64,000 bases of DNA from positions 496,001-560,000 of the forward strand of contig CM068771.1 of the NCBI GenBank assembly GCA_035084275.1, read 5' to 3'. Source of the stretch: Hydrolagus colliei. Taxonomy: Eukaryota. The position numbers and the translations under genes were made by a program. Shown one piece after another: positions 1-10,227 of the stretch; positions within the stretch are counted from its first letter, which is position 1; every line of letters begins with the position of its first letter. The notes beneath the pieces are model-generated. The model was not told where the DNA came from and searched no databases. It saw only the letters and a list, made by a program, of their open reading frames with translations.

Positions 1-232
1 CATCCCAGCTCGACAATACAAATGCCTTACTTGTCAGCCTTCCCAATTCCTCCCTCCACAAGCTGCAGGTGATCCAGAACTCTGCGGCCCATGTCCTCTG
101 CTGTTCCAAACTCCGTGAACCCATCTCCCCCATCCTCGCCCAACAACATTGGCTGCCCATCAACCAGAAGATCCAATTCAAAATCATGATCCTCACATTC
201 AAAGCCCTCCACAACCTCGCTCCACCCTACAT
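1..232 (+). mobile_element. L2-clade LINE fragment (C-terminal ORF2)
   Basis: Translation includes HWLPINQKIQFKIMILTFKALHNLAPPY, the same ORF2 C-terminal block as the younger L2 copies in this window. Confidence 0.8.
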
Positions 233-237
233 CTTTC

Positions 238-375
238 TTGCGCTTCGAACGTCGATAAGATGTGAAAAGTGCTGTATCAAATGCAAGGATTAGGATTAAT
301 ATTCTGTGAAGCACTTTGAGATGTCTAGAAGACGTGAAAAGCATAATATAAAGTGCAAGGATTATAATTTAAAAT
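238..375 (+). mobile_element. Two tandem SINE/L2-type 3' tails
   Basis: gataagatgtgaaaagtgctgtatcaaatgcaaggatt followed by gtgaagcactttgagatgtctagaagacgtgaaaagc...tgcaaggattataatt; matches the tails of the tRNA-SINEs at 47.2, 51.1 and 62.6 kb. Confidence 0.6.
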
Positions 376-404
376 AACATTGTTAGCATTTTAAACATAA
401 ACAA

Positions 405-803
405 AGCTCGCCTTGGAGAGGGTACAGCGTAGATTCACTAGGTTGGTACGTGGGATGAGGGGGATGAGTTATGAGGGTAGGTTGAGCAATCTAGGCCTAT
501 ATTCTCTAGAATATAGAAGAATTAGAGGTGATCTTATAAAAACCTATAAGATTGTTAAGGTGAAAGACAGAGTAGATAGTGGGAGACTGTTTCCCCTGGT
601 TGGAGAAACTATAACCGGGGGTCACAGTCTGAAGATTAGGGGGTCAGCCCTTTCACACTGAGTTGAGAAACAATTTTTTCACTCAGAGGGTAGTGAATTT
701 ATGGAATTCTCTTCCCCAAAGTGCTGCTCAGTCCTTGAACATATTCAAGACTGAGATTGATAGATTTCTTATGGATAAAGGGATTAAGGGATATGGTGAT
801 AAA
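405..803 (+). mobile_element. CR1 LINE 3' fragment, left part (interrupted by L2)
   Basis: ERVQRRFTRLV...SYEGRLSNLGLYSLEYRRIRGDLIKTYKI...DRVD...LFP and FFTQRVVNLWNSLP, typical CR1 ORF2 end; continues at 1759. Confidence 0.9.
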
Positions 804-1750
804 CAACAACAACAAATTACATTTATAGAGCGCCTTTCACGTCGGGAGGACGTCCCAAGGCGCTGCACAGGAGGCGTGTGACCCGGTGGGGGGGGGGGGG
901 GAGTTGGGAGGGGAGTGTTTGGGAAGGGGTGAAACACGAAGGGGGGGTAAAAGAGTTCGGGGTGGAACAAAAGGCACGATCGAAGAGGAAAGTCTTCAAA
1001 CCGGCCTTGAAAGAGGAAAGGGAAGAGACGAAACGGAGGGATTGAGGGATGGCATTCCATATGGTGGGATCGGAGAAACTGAAGGCCCGGCCTCCGATGG
1101 TGGGGCGGTTCGGGCGGGGGGCTTGGAGCAGGCCAAGTCCTGTTGAACGGAGGGTCCGGGTGGGCATGTAGGGGGAGAGTAGATTGGTTAAATAGGGTGG
1201 GGCAAGGCCGTGTAAGGCCTTGTAGATGAGGACGAGGATCTTGAACTCGATCCTCTGGAGGATGGGGAGCCAGTGGAGACGGGTGAGGGTGGGGGTTATG
1301 TGGTTGCGGAGGCGGGTGCGGGATAGTACACGGGCTGCAGAGTTTTGGATGACCTGCAGCCTGTGAATGGAGGAACTGGGGAGGCCGACGAGGACAGAAT
1401 TTCCGTAGTCCAGCCGTGAGGTGATGTATGTGTGCACAAGTGTTTCGGCAGCGCGGGGGGTAAGATAGTTGCGGAGCCTGGCAATGTTGCGCAGGTGGAA
1501 ATAAGCGGTGCCGGTCAAGGCACGGATGTGGGGGAGGAAGGAAAGTTTTTGATCGAACATGATGCCGAGGTTCCTGATTGGCTTTGTGAGGTGGAGAGTG
1601 CAGCCTTGGATGTTGAGGCTGGCAGCGCCCGATGTGCGGAGGCGCTGGCTTGAGCCAATCAGGAGGGCCTCGGTCTTACTCACGTTCAATTGCAAAAAGT
1701 TGTCCCTCGTCCATGACTCGATGTCGGACAGACATGCTGTCAGAAGATCC
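804..1750 (-). mobile_element. Young 5'-truncated L2 LINE inserted into CR1
   Basis: Open frame of about 309 aa (FLQLNVSKTE...RLDYGNS...LHWLPILQRIEFKIL...KTFLF); (TTG)n tail at 804-815; ATAAA duplicated at 799-803 and 1759-1763. Confidence 0.92.
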
Positions 1751-1758
1751 ACCTACCC

Positions 1759-1865
1759 ATAAAGTGGGTAGGTGGAGTTAGAATAGATCGGCCATGATCT
1801 TATTGAATGGCGGGGCAGGCTTGAAGGGCTGAATAGTCTACCCCTGCTCCTCGTTCTTAACTACG
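1759..1865 (+). mobile_element. CR1 3' tail, right part of the interrupted element
   Basis: gatcggccatgatcttattgaatggcggggcaggcttgaagggctgaatagtctacccctgctcct resembles the CR1 3' end and joins seamlessly to gatatggtgataaa at 790-803. Confidence 0.8.
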
Positions 1866-1944
1866 TGTTAATGAAATGAATGTCAGTAATTTTAATATGG
1901 GTGTAGGGGGGGAAACCCAGCAAACACTGGGAATAAACACCAGA

Positions 1945-2569
1945 CCACAATCTGAGACTAAAACTTTTATTTCAGTTAAAGAAGCAGTTACAGCATCTGA
2001 CAGTCAGTTGCCAAACCCTCCCACACATCCACACTCCCACCCTCACACCCATAGTCCCCACCTGCTCCCCAGCCTCCCTGACACCATGACAGTCAGAGAC
2101 AGCCTCACTGTCTCAACACAAAGCAATGTTTTCTCTCAGCAGCAAAATCAGCAAAAAAATATTGTATCAATGATATAAGTAATTAATCAGTAAATCATTC
2201 AATTGGTATGTTAAAGCAAAAGCCCCAGAGTCCCTGTGCCTGTCTCCCCCGGTCTTCCCTATCACTAACTCCCCCACAAAGCGCTTGCCTCCCACTCTCC
2301 CCCATCACTAACTACCCCCCACATTCGAGGTTACTGGAATATTTAGCCCCTGAGCTCCCCACAACTCCCTGAATCTAACCCCAGCTAATCAGTTCCTTGT
2401 ACCCACCCCATCCCTGCCGCACCCTCAGCGATTTGCAATTATTTGAAGAGGAAATTTTAAAGCAAAAACAAAGCAAACTCCCCGAGCCCTGAACTATTGA
2501 GGAATTAATGCGCGCAATCCTGTGGAGCCAACATTCCTCCCGAGGGCTCGGAGTCCAGACCAGGAATCC
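1945..2569 (-). other. Putative terminal non-coding (3'UTR) exon of MHC class I gene
   Basis: Strong acceptor tgatttccctgtttcag|GG ending at 2570; minus-strand AATAAA at 1966-1971 followed by a GT-rich stretch. Confidence 0.55.
1966..1971 (-). terminator. Candidate polyadenylation signal of MHC class I gene
   Basis: AATAAA on the minus strand with downstream tgtggtctggtgtttattcccagtgtttg. Confidence 0.45.
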
Positions 2570-2629
2570 CTGAAACAGGGAAATCAGTGTCACCACAATC
2601 ACTAATATTATTATTATTGTCACAACCAC

Positions 2630-2945
2630 ATCTCACACACAACAACCACAACACATAACACCACCTCAGGAAACCACCCTCAAGATGCTGGGACTGACAC
2701 ACACACTGTACCCACACACACACACACTGTACCCACACACTGTACACACACACACACACACACTGTACACACACACACTACACACACAACAACCACAACA
2801 CATAACACCACCTCACGAAACCACCCTCAAGATGCTGGGACTGACACACACACTGTACACACACACTGTACACACACACACACTGTACACACACACTGTA
2901 CCCACATACACACTATACACACACACACTACCCACACACACACTG
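2630..2945. repeat. CA-rich tandem region with a ~147 bp duplicated unit
   Basis: caagatgctgggactgacac at 2681 and 2828, embedded in (CACACACTGTA)n. Confidence 0.8.
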
Positions 2946-2956
2946 TGGTGATTACC

Positions 2957-3012
2957 TCAAGCGGGTGGGTTGGACGAGTTGTTTGATGAACTGTCCGTCC
3001 TGTCGCCATTTT
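2957..3012 (-). CDS. MHC class I heavy chain, second cytoplasmic exon (QNGDRTDSSSNNSSNPPA*)
   Basis: Acceptor catttag|AA; phase 1 continues from the previous exon; Ser-rich class I tail; TGA at 2957-2959, then G|gtaatc donor. Confidence 0.8.
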
Positions 3013-3329
3013 CTAAATGAAATAAATCATTTGTTACACAGGTTACATACTACACACACCCAGACTACAGACTATAAACACACACCCAGACTACAGACTA
3101 TAAACACACCCAGCCTACAGACTATAAACACACAGAATACAGGCTACACACAAGCAGCTAGATTACAGGCTGCATACACACACACACTCAGACTACCGGC
3201 CACACACAGACAGCAGACTAGACACGCACACACTGGTGCCAAGCCACCCACACAGACTTCATCAGTCGTCAGAAATATGTGATCAGAATAATATTTGGAT
3301 TTGTGATAAGTCAGTGAGACAGTCAGTGA

Positions 3330-3480
3330 CTGACAGTCAGAGGGGCTGGGGGAGGAGGAGGGGCTGCGGGAGGAGGAGGGGCTGTGTGTGAGGGGCTAGG
3401 GGAGGAGGGGAGGCTGGGGGGGAGGAGGGGAGGCTGGGGGGGAGGAGGGGCTGTGTGTGAGGGAATGTGTGTGAGGGAGA
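3330..3480 (+). repeat. G-rich minisatellite (gaggggctggggggaggag)n
   Basis: About 7 degenerate copies; G-tract spacing is compatible with a G-quadruplex. Confidence 0.75.
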
Positions 3481-3569
3481 GGCCTGGGTTGTCCCCCCAA
3501 GCACAGACTAAACCCTATCAGACCCACACCGACAGTGGGATCAGTGAGTATTACCGCCCTGAAGGAGGC

Positions 3570-4320
3570 AATTTCTAACAGTTTCCCAACCAGTTCCCTC
3601 CCAACTCTTTGTGTAAACTCTTGTCAATATTTATGTTTGAGGTATCCATCCAATTTGCTTTTGAAGGTTGACCCTTTTCAGGCATCCCAGACTGTGTGTT
3701 GTTACCTGTCGTATCCCCATAAACCCCTAATCCCTCTATTTTAACAAAAATTCTATCAGTCTCAGCCTTGAAAATGTTCAAGGAGTGAGCATCCACAGCC
3801 TTCTGAGTGAAGAAATGTTTCCTCAACTCTGTTCTAAAAGACTGACCCTTTACCAATTATCTTAACCCACCCACCAGTGGAAATAGTCTCTCGCTCTCTA
3901 CGCCAACAAATCACCTCCTCATTTTGAATTCCTCTATTTAAGAGCTGCGAGACGCTGCCTGGGTTGGGGGCGCTGCACAAACACAAGGATAATTATTATT
4001 ATTCTCCTGTGAAGCGTTTTAAGATGTCTCAAAGTCATGATAATGTGCTATTATTATTATATCCTTCCCAAATTGTGGTTCTCAGAATTGGACACAATAC
4101 TCCAGCTGAGGCCTAAACAGTGATTTAAAAGAGGTTAAGCAGAACTTCCTCACTGTTGTACTCTACCAACCTGTCCCGCCAACTCTAAATACCTGTTTTT
4201 CTGAACCCTCAGGTCTGTCAGCCCCTGGATCCCCTTTAAACCTATTCCATGTCTTGTACATTGCCTCTTCTCATTCATCACCCAAACCCACCTCACACTA
4301 CTCTGTATTAATCTGTACCT
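3570..4320 (-). mobile_element. Degenerate CR1 fragments with an intervening L2/SINE tail
   Basis: VKGQSFRTELRKHFFTQKAVD...LNIFKAETDR (3575-3856); further CR1-like pieces at 4060-4320; tail-like motif at 3940-4060. Confidence 0.65.
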
Positions 4321-4321
4321 G

Positions 4322-4435
4322 CGGAGCCTGGTGTGGGGGGGGACTTGGGCTCCAATGTTCTGGATGATCTGCAGCTCGTGGAGGGGAGAGTTGGGGCGGC
4401 CGACAAGGAGGGAATCTCTAGAGCTGAGCCGACAG
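4322..4435 (-). mobile_element. L2 fragment
   Basis: SLLVGRPNSPLHELQIIQNIGAQV, homologous to L2 ORF2. Confidence 0.7.
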
Positions 4436-4597
4436 ACGAACACACACACACACAGACTACAGGTCTCAAATGTACACCCAGACTACAGGCTATTCACACA
4501 CACAGAAACAGGCCAGACACAGGCATTGCACATGTTGTACAGGCTACAGGCAGAGATCAGGACAGTTACAGTTAATGTTCTGGTGTCAGTAACTCAC

Positions 4598-4627
4598 GTT
4601 TGGCTGGGGTATAGCCAGGCTTCCCTC
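4598..4627 (-). CDS. MHC class I heavy chain, first cytoplasmic exon (xGKPGYTPAK)
   Basis: 30-bp exon, acceptor ttgcag|GA, donor C|gtgagt, phase 1-1; Tyr-x-x-Ala motif typical of class I tails. Confidence 0.8.
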
Positions 4628-4947
4628 CTGCAACTGAGAGACACAAGTCTTAGTGATGTCACTGACACACTCCCCACACACACTCCCCACATACACACAC
4701 ACACATTCCCCACCCCACACACAAACACTCCCCCCCACACACACATTCCCACCCCCCCACACACACTGCCCCCCACACACACAACATACACACTCCCCCC
4801 CCACCNNNNNNNNNNNNNNNNNNNNNNNNNNNNNNNNNNNNNNNNNNNNNNNNNNNNNNNNNNNNNNNNNNNNNNNNNNNNNNNNNNNNNNNNNNNNNNN
4901 NNNNNNNNNNNNNNNNNNNNNNNNNNNNNNNNNNNNNNNNNNNNNNN

Positions 4948-5048
4948 TTGTAAATAAAGAATCCCCCGACTGCGAGTGCGGCCAGCGCCAAAACAACAAC
5001 AACAACAGCAATAATGATGGTGGTCAGACTCCCCTCGTTTCCTCCTCC

Positions 5049-5081
<33 letters not shown>

Positions 5082-5092
5082 AGCTGGTCCAG
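4948..5092 (-). CDS. MHC class I connecting peptide and transmembrane exon (3' end lost in N gap 4806-4947)
   Basis: Acceptor ttcacag|CT in phase with the alpha3 donor; TGPAGGGRGGGGRGGGGGNEGSLTTIIIAVVVVVLALAALAVGGFFIY. Confidence 0.85.
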
Positions 5093-5129
5093 CTGTGAAC
5101 ACAGGAAGGTCACAGCTCCACCATCAACT

Positions 5130-6240
5130 CTCCCTCCCCTCAGGGTTAATCCTCTCACTACCACCCTCACTCTCTCCCTCCTCACTCCCTCCCTCCTCAC
5201 TCTCTCCCTCCTCACTCCCTCCCTCCTCACTCCCTCCCTCCTCACTCACTCCCTCCTCACTCCCTCCCTCCTCACTCCCTCCCTCCTCACTCACTCTGTC
5301 CCTCCTCACTCACTCTGTCCCTCCTCACTCACTCTGTCCCTCCTCACTCACTCTGTCCCTCCTCACTCACTCTGTCCCTCCTCACTCACTCTGTCCCTCC
5401 TCACTCACTCTGTCCCTCCTCACTCACTCTGTCCCTCCTCACTCACTCTGTCCCTCCTCACTCACTCTGTCCCTCCTCACTCACTCTGTCCCTCCTCACT
5501 CACTCTGTCCCTCCTCACTCTCTCCCCCCTCACTCTCTCCCCCCTCACTCTCTCCCCCCCTCACTCTCTTCCCCCCTCACTCTCTCCCCCCCTCACTCTC
5601 TCCCCCCCTCACTCTCTCCCCCCCTCACTCTCTCCCCCCTCACTCCCTCCCCCCTCACTCCCTCCCCCCTCACTCCCTCCCCCCTCACTCCCTCCCCCCT
5701 CACTCTCTCCCTCCTCACTCCCTCCCTCCTCACTCCCTCCCTCCTCACTCCCTCCCTCCTCACACTCTCCCTCCTCACTCTCCCTCCTCACTCCCTCCCT
5801 CCTCACTCTCTCCCTCCTCACTCTCTCCCTCCTCACTCTCTCCCTCCTCACTCCCTCCCTCCTCACTCTCTCCCTCCTCACTCTCTCCCTCCTCACTCTG
5901 TCCCTCCTCACTCTCTCCCTCCTCACTCTCTCCCTCCTCACTCTGTCCCTCCTCACTCTGTCCCTCCTCACTCTCTCCCTCCTCACTCACTAACCCCTCA
6001 CTCTCTGTCTCTCCCCTCACTCTCTCTGCCCAATCACAATCTCTACCCCCTCATTCTCTCCTCACTCTCTGTCTCCTCCACACTCTCTCTCCTCTCTCTC
6101 TCTCTCTCTCCCTCACTCTGTCTCCCCCTCACTCCCTTTCCCGCTCACTATATCTCTCCCTCACTCGCTTCCCATCGCTCTCTCCCCGCTCACTCTCTCT
6201 CCCCACCTCACGTTCTCTCCCTAATGGAGACAGTGATGGG
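5130..6240. repeat. Pyrimidine-rich minisatellite (ctcactctgtccctcctca / ctcactccctcc)n in the alpha3-TM intron
   Basis: Dozens of 15-19 bp units visible directly. Confidence 0.9.
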
Positions 6241-6271
6241 GAATAGACAGTGAGAGTGAGTTCACACTTAC

Positions 6272-6532
6272 TGTAGACAACAGTGATGGGTGTGGTCAGG
6301 CTGCTGTGGTCCACCTCACAGGTGTAACTCTCAGCGTCTTTAAGGTTGATCTCCAGGGATTTGCGGAGCTGGAAGGTTCCGTCGCCATTTGGTAAAATCC
6401 CTGATGATTCCACGTCACTCAGAGTCTGTCTGTCTCTCAGCAGCTTCACCTCGATCGCTCGGGGATAGAAACCAGTGGCCAAACATGAGATCTTAGACCC
6501 TCTCGGAGAGGAGAGAGAGACCTCGGGGGTCA
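6272..6532 (-). CDS. MHC class I heavy chain alpha3 (Ig C1) exon
   Basis: 261-bp exon, cccacag|TG ... TACA|gtaagt, phase 1-1; ISCLATGFYP, LPNGDGTFQL, YTCEVDHSSL with both C1 cysteines. Confidence 0.93.
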
Positions 6533-6689
6533 CTGTGGGCAGATAGTCAGGGTCAGTCAGAGAGAGACATACACAGATAGAGAGAGGAAGACAGACAGAG
6601 AGAGGGAGAGAGAGAGTGAGGGACAGAGAGGGAGAGAGAGAGAGGGACAGGGCGGAGATTGGGAGAGCGACATAGAGACAGAGAGGCAG

Positions 6690-7000
6690 AGAAACAACAA
6701 CAACAAAAAGAAAATTACATTTCTAGAGCGTCTTTCACGTTGGGAGGACATCCCAAGGAGCTGAACAGTCAGATTGGGAACTGAGCAAGGGAGAGGGGCA
6801 AGGCAGGGGGGAGGGGAGGGAGAGAGTTGGGAGGGGAGGGAGAGAGTTGGGAGGGGAGGGAGAGAGTTGGGAGGGGAGGGAGAGAGTTGGGAGGGGAGGG
6901 AGAGAGTTGGGAGGGCAGCAGAAGGCAAGGTCGAAGAGGACAGTCTTGAGACTGGCCTTGAAGGTGGCGAGGGAGAGAGTGAGGCAAAGGGACTGTAGGA
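6690..7000 (-). mobile_element. L2 3' fragment with internal tandem expansion
   Basis: aaacaacaacaac tail and gagcgtctttcacgttgggaggacatcccaagg; (gggagagagttgggagggga) repeated about 5 times at 6800-6915. Confidence 0.8.
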
Positions 7001-10000
7001 TGGAGTTAGAGTCTCTCTGTCTCCCCCGTCTCTCTCTCTCTGTCTCACTGTGTCTCTCCCTCTCTATTTCTCTCCCTCACTGTCTGTCTCCCTGTTTCTC
7101 TGTCCTTCGCTCGGTTTCCCTGTGTGTGTGTGTCTCTCTCTATCTGTCTCTCTGTGTATCTCACTGTGTCTCTCCCTCTTCTCTGTCTCCCTGCCTCTCT
7201 CCCTGTGTGTGTGTGTCTCTGTCTTTGTCTCCCTGTCTCTCCCTATTTGTATCTGTCATTCTCTCGCCCCATGGGTCTCTGTCTCTCTCTCCCTGTTTGT
7301 ACCTCTCTGTCTCTCTCTCTCTCTCTCTGTCTCCCCATTTCTCTCTCTGTCTCCCCATTTCTCTCTCTGTCTCCCCATTTCTCTCTCTGTCTCTCTCTAT
7401 CTCTCAGTTGTGTGTCTCCTTCCCTCCCTGTCTCCTTCCCTCCGTCTCTGACTCCCTGCCTCTCTCTGTCTTCATCTCTCTCTCTTTCTCTGTCTCCTTG
7501 TGTGTGTGTGTCTCTCTCTCCCCATTTCTCTCTCTGTCTCTCTCTCCTTGTCTCTTTCTTTCTCTGTCTCCCTCTCTCTTTGTCTCAACATGTCTCTCTC
7601 TCTCTCATCTCCCCGTGTTTGTCACTCACTCTCCCTGTCTCTACCCTTGTCTCCCTGTGTGTGTGTCTCTCTCTCTCCCTCTCTCTGTCTGTCTTCCTGT
7701 GTGTGTGTCTCTCACTCACTCACTCTCTCTCTCTCCCAGTGTCTCTCTCTCTCCTTCTGTCCCTTTTTCCCTGCCACCCTGTTTCCCCCTCTCTCTCTCG
7801 CTATCCATCTCTCCGTGTCTCTTTATCTCTCTATGTCTCCAACTGTGTCTCCCTGCATGCGTGTGTGTGTGTGTCTCTCTCTTATCTTGCTGTCTCTCTC
7901 CCTCAGTTTCTCACTGTCTTTCTCTCTCTCTCGCTTTCTTTTTCTCCCTCTCGCTGTCTCTCTCTCTGTGTGTGTGTTTCTCTCTCCCTGCCTCTCTCTC
8001 TCTCCCTCTCTCTGTCTCATGGTCTCTCTCCCCACCCCCTCTCTCTTCCCTCTCTCTCTGTCTCCCTCTCACAGTCTCTCGGTCTCCCTCTCACTCCCTC
8101 TCTCTCCTTCTCCCTNNNNNNNNNNNNNNNNNNNNNNNNNNNNNNNNNNNNNNNNNNNNNNNNNNNNNNNNNNNNNNNNNNNNNNNNNNNNNNNNNNNNN
8201 NNNNNNNNNNNNNNNNNNNNNNNNNNNNNNNNNNNNNNNNNNNNNNGTCTCTCTCTCCTTGTCTCTATGGTCTCTCTCCCACTGTCTCTCCTTGTCTCCC
8301 TGTGTTAGTCTCTCTCTCTGCCGCTCACTTTCTCTCTGTCTCTCGCTGTTTCTTTCTCTCTCTCTGTCTTTCTGTGTGTATTTGTTTGTGTGTGTCTCTC
8401 TCGCTGTTTCTGTCTCTGTCTCCCTACGTCTCTCCACCCAACTCTCTCTTTTTCTTTCTCTCCCCCTCTCACTGTCTCTCAGTTTCTCTCTCTTGCTGTC
8501 TCTCTCTCTGATTCCCTGTGTGTCTCTCGCTCTCTGTCTCAGACTCCTTGTCTCTCTATCTGACTGTGTCGCTCTCTCTCTCCCTGTGTCTCACACTCTC
8601 TGTCTCTCTCTCTCTCTCGCTGTCTCTCTCTGTCTTCCTGTGTGTGTATCTCTCTCAGTCTCCTCATCTCTCTCTGTCTAATCTCTCTCTGTCTTACTCT
8701 CCCTCTCTGTGTGTGTGTGTCTCTCTCCGTCTCTCTCTCTCGCTATCCTTTTGCTATCTCTCTCACTATCCCTATATGTCTCTCTCTCGTCTCTCTCTCT
8801 CACTCGCCTTCTCACTGTCTCTCTCTATTGCTGTGTCTCTCTCTCTCCTCACCATCTCTCTCTATCGCTGTGTGTATCTCTCTGTGTCTCCAGGTCTCTC
8901 TCTCTTTCTCTCTCTATCTTGCGGTCTCTCTCCCCCCTCTCATTGTCTCTCCCTCTCACTGTCTCTCCCTCTCTTTCTCTCTCTCTGTGTCTCTCTACCT
9001 CTCTCTCACTGTCTCTTTCTCTCCCTCTCTCTTCCTGTCTCTCTCTCTTTCAATCTCCTTATCTCTTTCTCGTCTCCCCTGCGAGTGGTTTACGCTGGCT
9101 CCATCTCTCTCTCTCTGTCCCCCTGACTCTCTCTTTCTCTCTCCCTCTCACTGTCTCTCTCTCTACCACTGTGTGTGTCTCTCTGTCTTTCTCTTCCTTT
9201 CTGTCTCATTACATATCTCTCTCTCTCCTCCCGTCTCTCTCTCTCTCTAGCTGTCTCTCTCACTCTTTCTCTCGCTCTTGCTCTCCTTTTGTTGTTTCTC
9301 TCACTGTCTCTCTCTCTCTCGCTGTCTCTCTCTATCTCTCTCTCTCTCGCTGTCTCTCTCTCGCTCGCTGTCTCTCTCTCTCTCTTTCTCACTGTCTCTC
9401 TCTTTCTCACTGTCTCTCTCTTTCTCACTGTCCCTCTCTTTCTCTCATACTGTCTCTCATACTGTCTCTCTCTCGCTGTCTCCTTCTCTCACTGTCTCTC
9501 TCTCTCACTGTCTCTCTCAGTGTCTCTCTCTCTCTCTCACTGTCTCTCTCTCTCTCTCACTCTCTCTTTCACTGTCCCTCTCTTTCTCACTGTCCCTCTC
9601 TTTCTCACTGTCTCTCTCTTTCTCTCATACTGTCTCTCTCTCTCTCGCTGTCTCTTTCTCACTATCTCTCACTGTCTCCTTCTCACTATCTCTCTCACTG
9701 TCTGTATCTCTCTTCACTGTTTCTTTCTCTCACACTGTCTCTCTCTCTCTTTCTCTCGCTGTCTCTCTCTCTCTCTCTCAGTGTCTCTCTCCCTCTCTCT
9801 CACTGTCTCTCTTTTTCTCACTGTCTCTCTCGCGGTCTCTCTCTTTCTCGTTGTCTCCCTCTCGCTGTTTCTCTTTCTCACTGGAATGCGTTGCCTGAAA
9901 AGGTGTGGAGGCCGATTCGATAACAACTTTTAAAAGAGAGATAGACATTTATTTGGGGAGGACGGGTTTGCGAGATTATGGGGGAGAGAGAGAGCTGGGG

Positions 10001-10200
10001 AGTGGGATTAAATTGGTCTTCTAGGCACAGGACTCGATGGGCCGAATGGCCTCCTTTTGTGCCATAAGATTCTATGATTGACTCTATATCTCTATTGCTT
10101 TCTCTATCACTGTCTCTCTCTCATTGTCTTGCTACGTCTCTCTCACTATCTCTCTCTCCCTTGGTGTCTCTCTCTCTTGCTGTTTCTGTGTGTGTGTCTG
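7000..10200. repeat. (CT)/(CTGT)-rich low-complexity region (contains N gap 8116-8246)
   Basis: Degenerate CT microsatellite, almost purely pyrimidine with TG interruptions on +. Confidence 0.9.
9882..10085 (+). mobile_element. CR1 3' end
   Basis: ggaatgcgttgcctgaaaaggtgtggaggc ... tcgatgggccgaatggcctccttttgtgccataagattctatgatt (ATTCTATG-type tail). Confidence 0.8.
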
Positions 10201-10227
10201 ACGGACAGAGGGAGATAGATTTAGATA

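Noticed and set aside
3531-3559. Possible extra class I cytoplasmic exon (ccttcag|GGCGG...)
   Set aside because: Weak donor, 29 nt, immediate stop in phase 1; the 2957-3012 exon fits far better
4990-5010. (GTT)n in the TM exon as an L2 tail
   Set aside because: No L2 stem-loop adjacent; it simply encodes the poly-Val of the TM helix
6272-6532. MHC class II beta2, W-category or Ig constant domain identity
   Set aside because: NGDGTFQ rather than NGDWTFQ, a class I-style TM and a two-exon Tyr/Ser tail favour class I; not formally excluded without phylogeny
4653-9933. Ser/Leu/Pro-rich ORFs resembling mucins or extensins
   Set aside because: Low-complexity intronic repeats, some crossing N gaps and antisense to the class I gene
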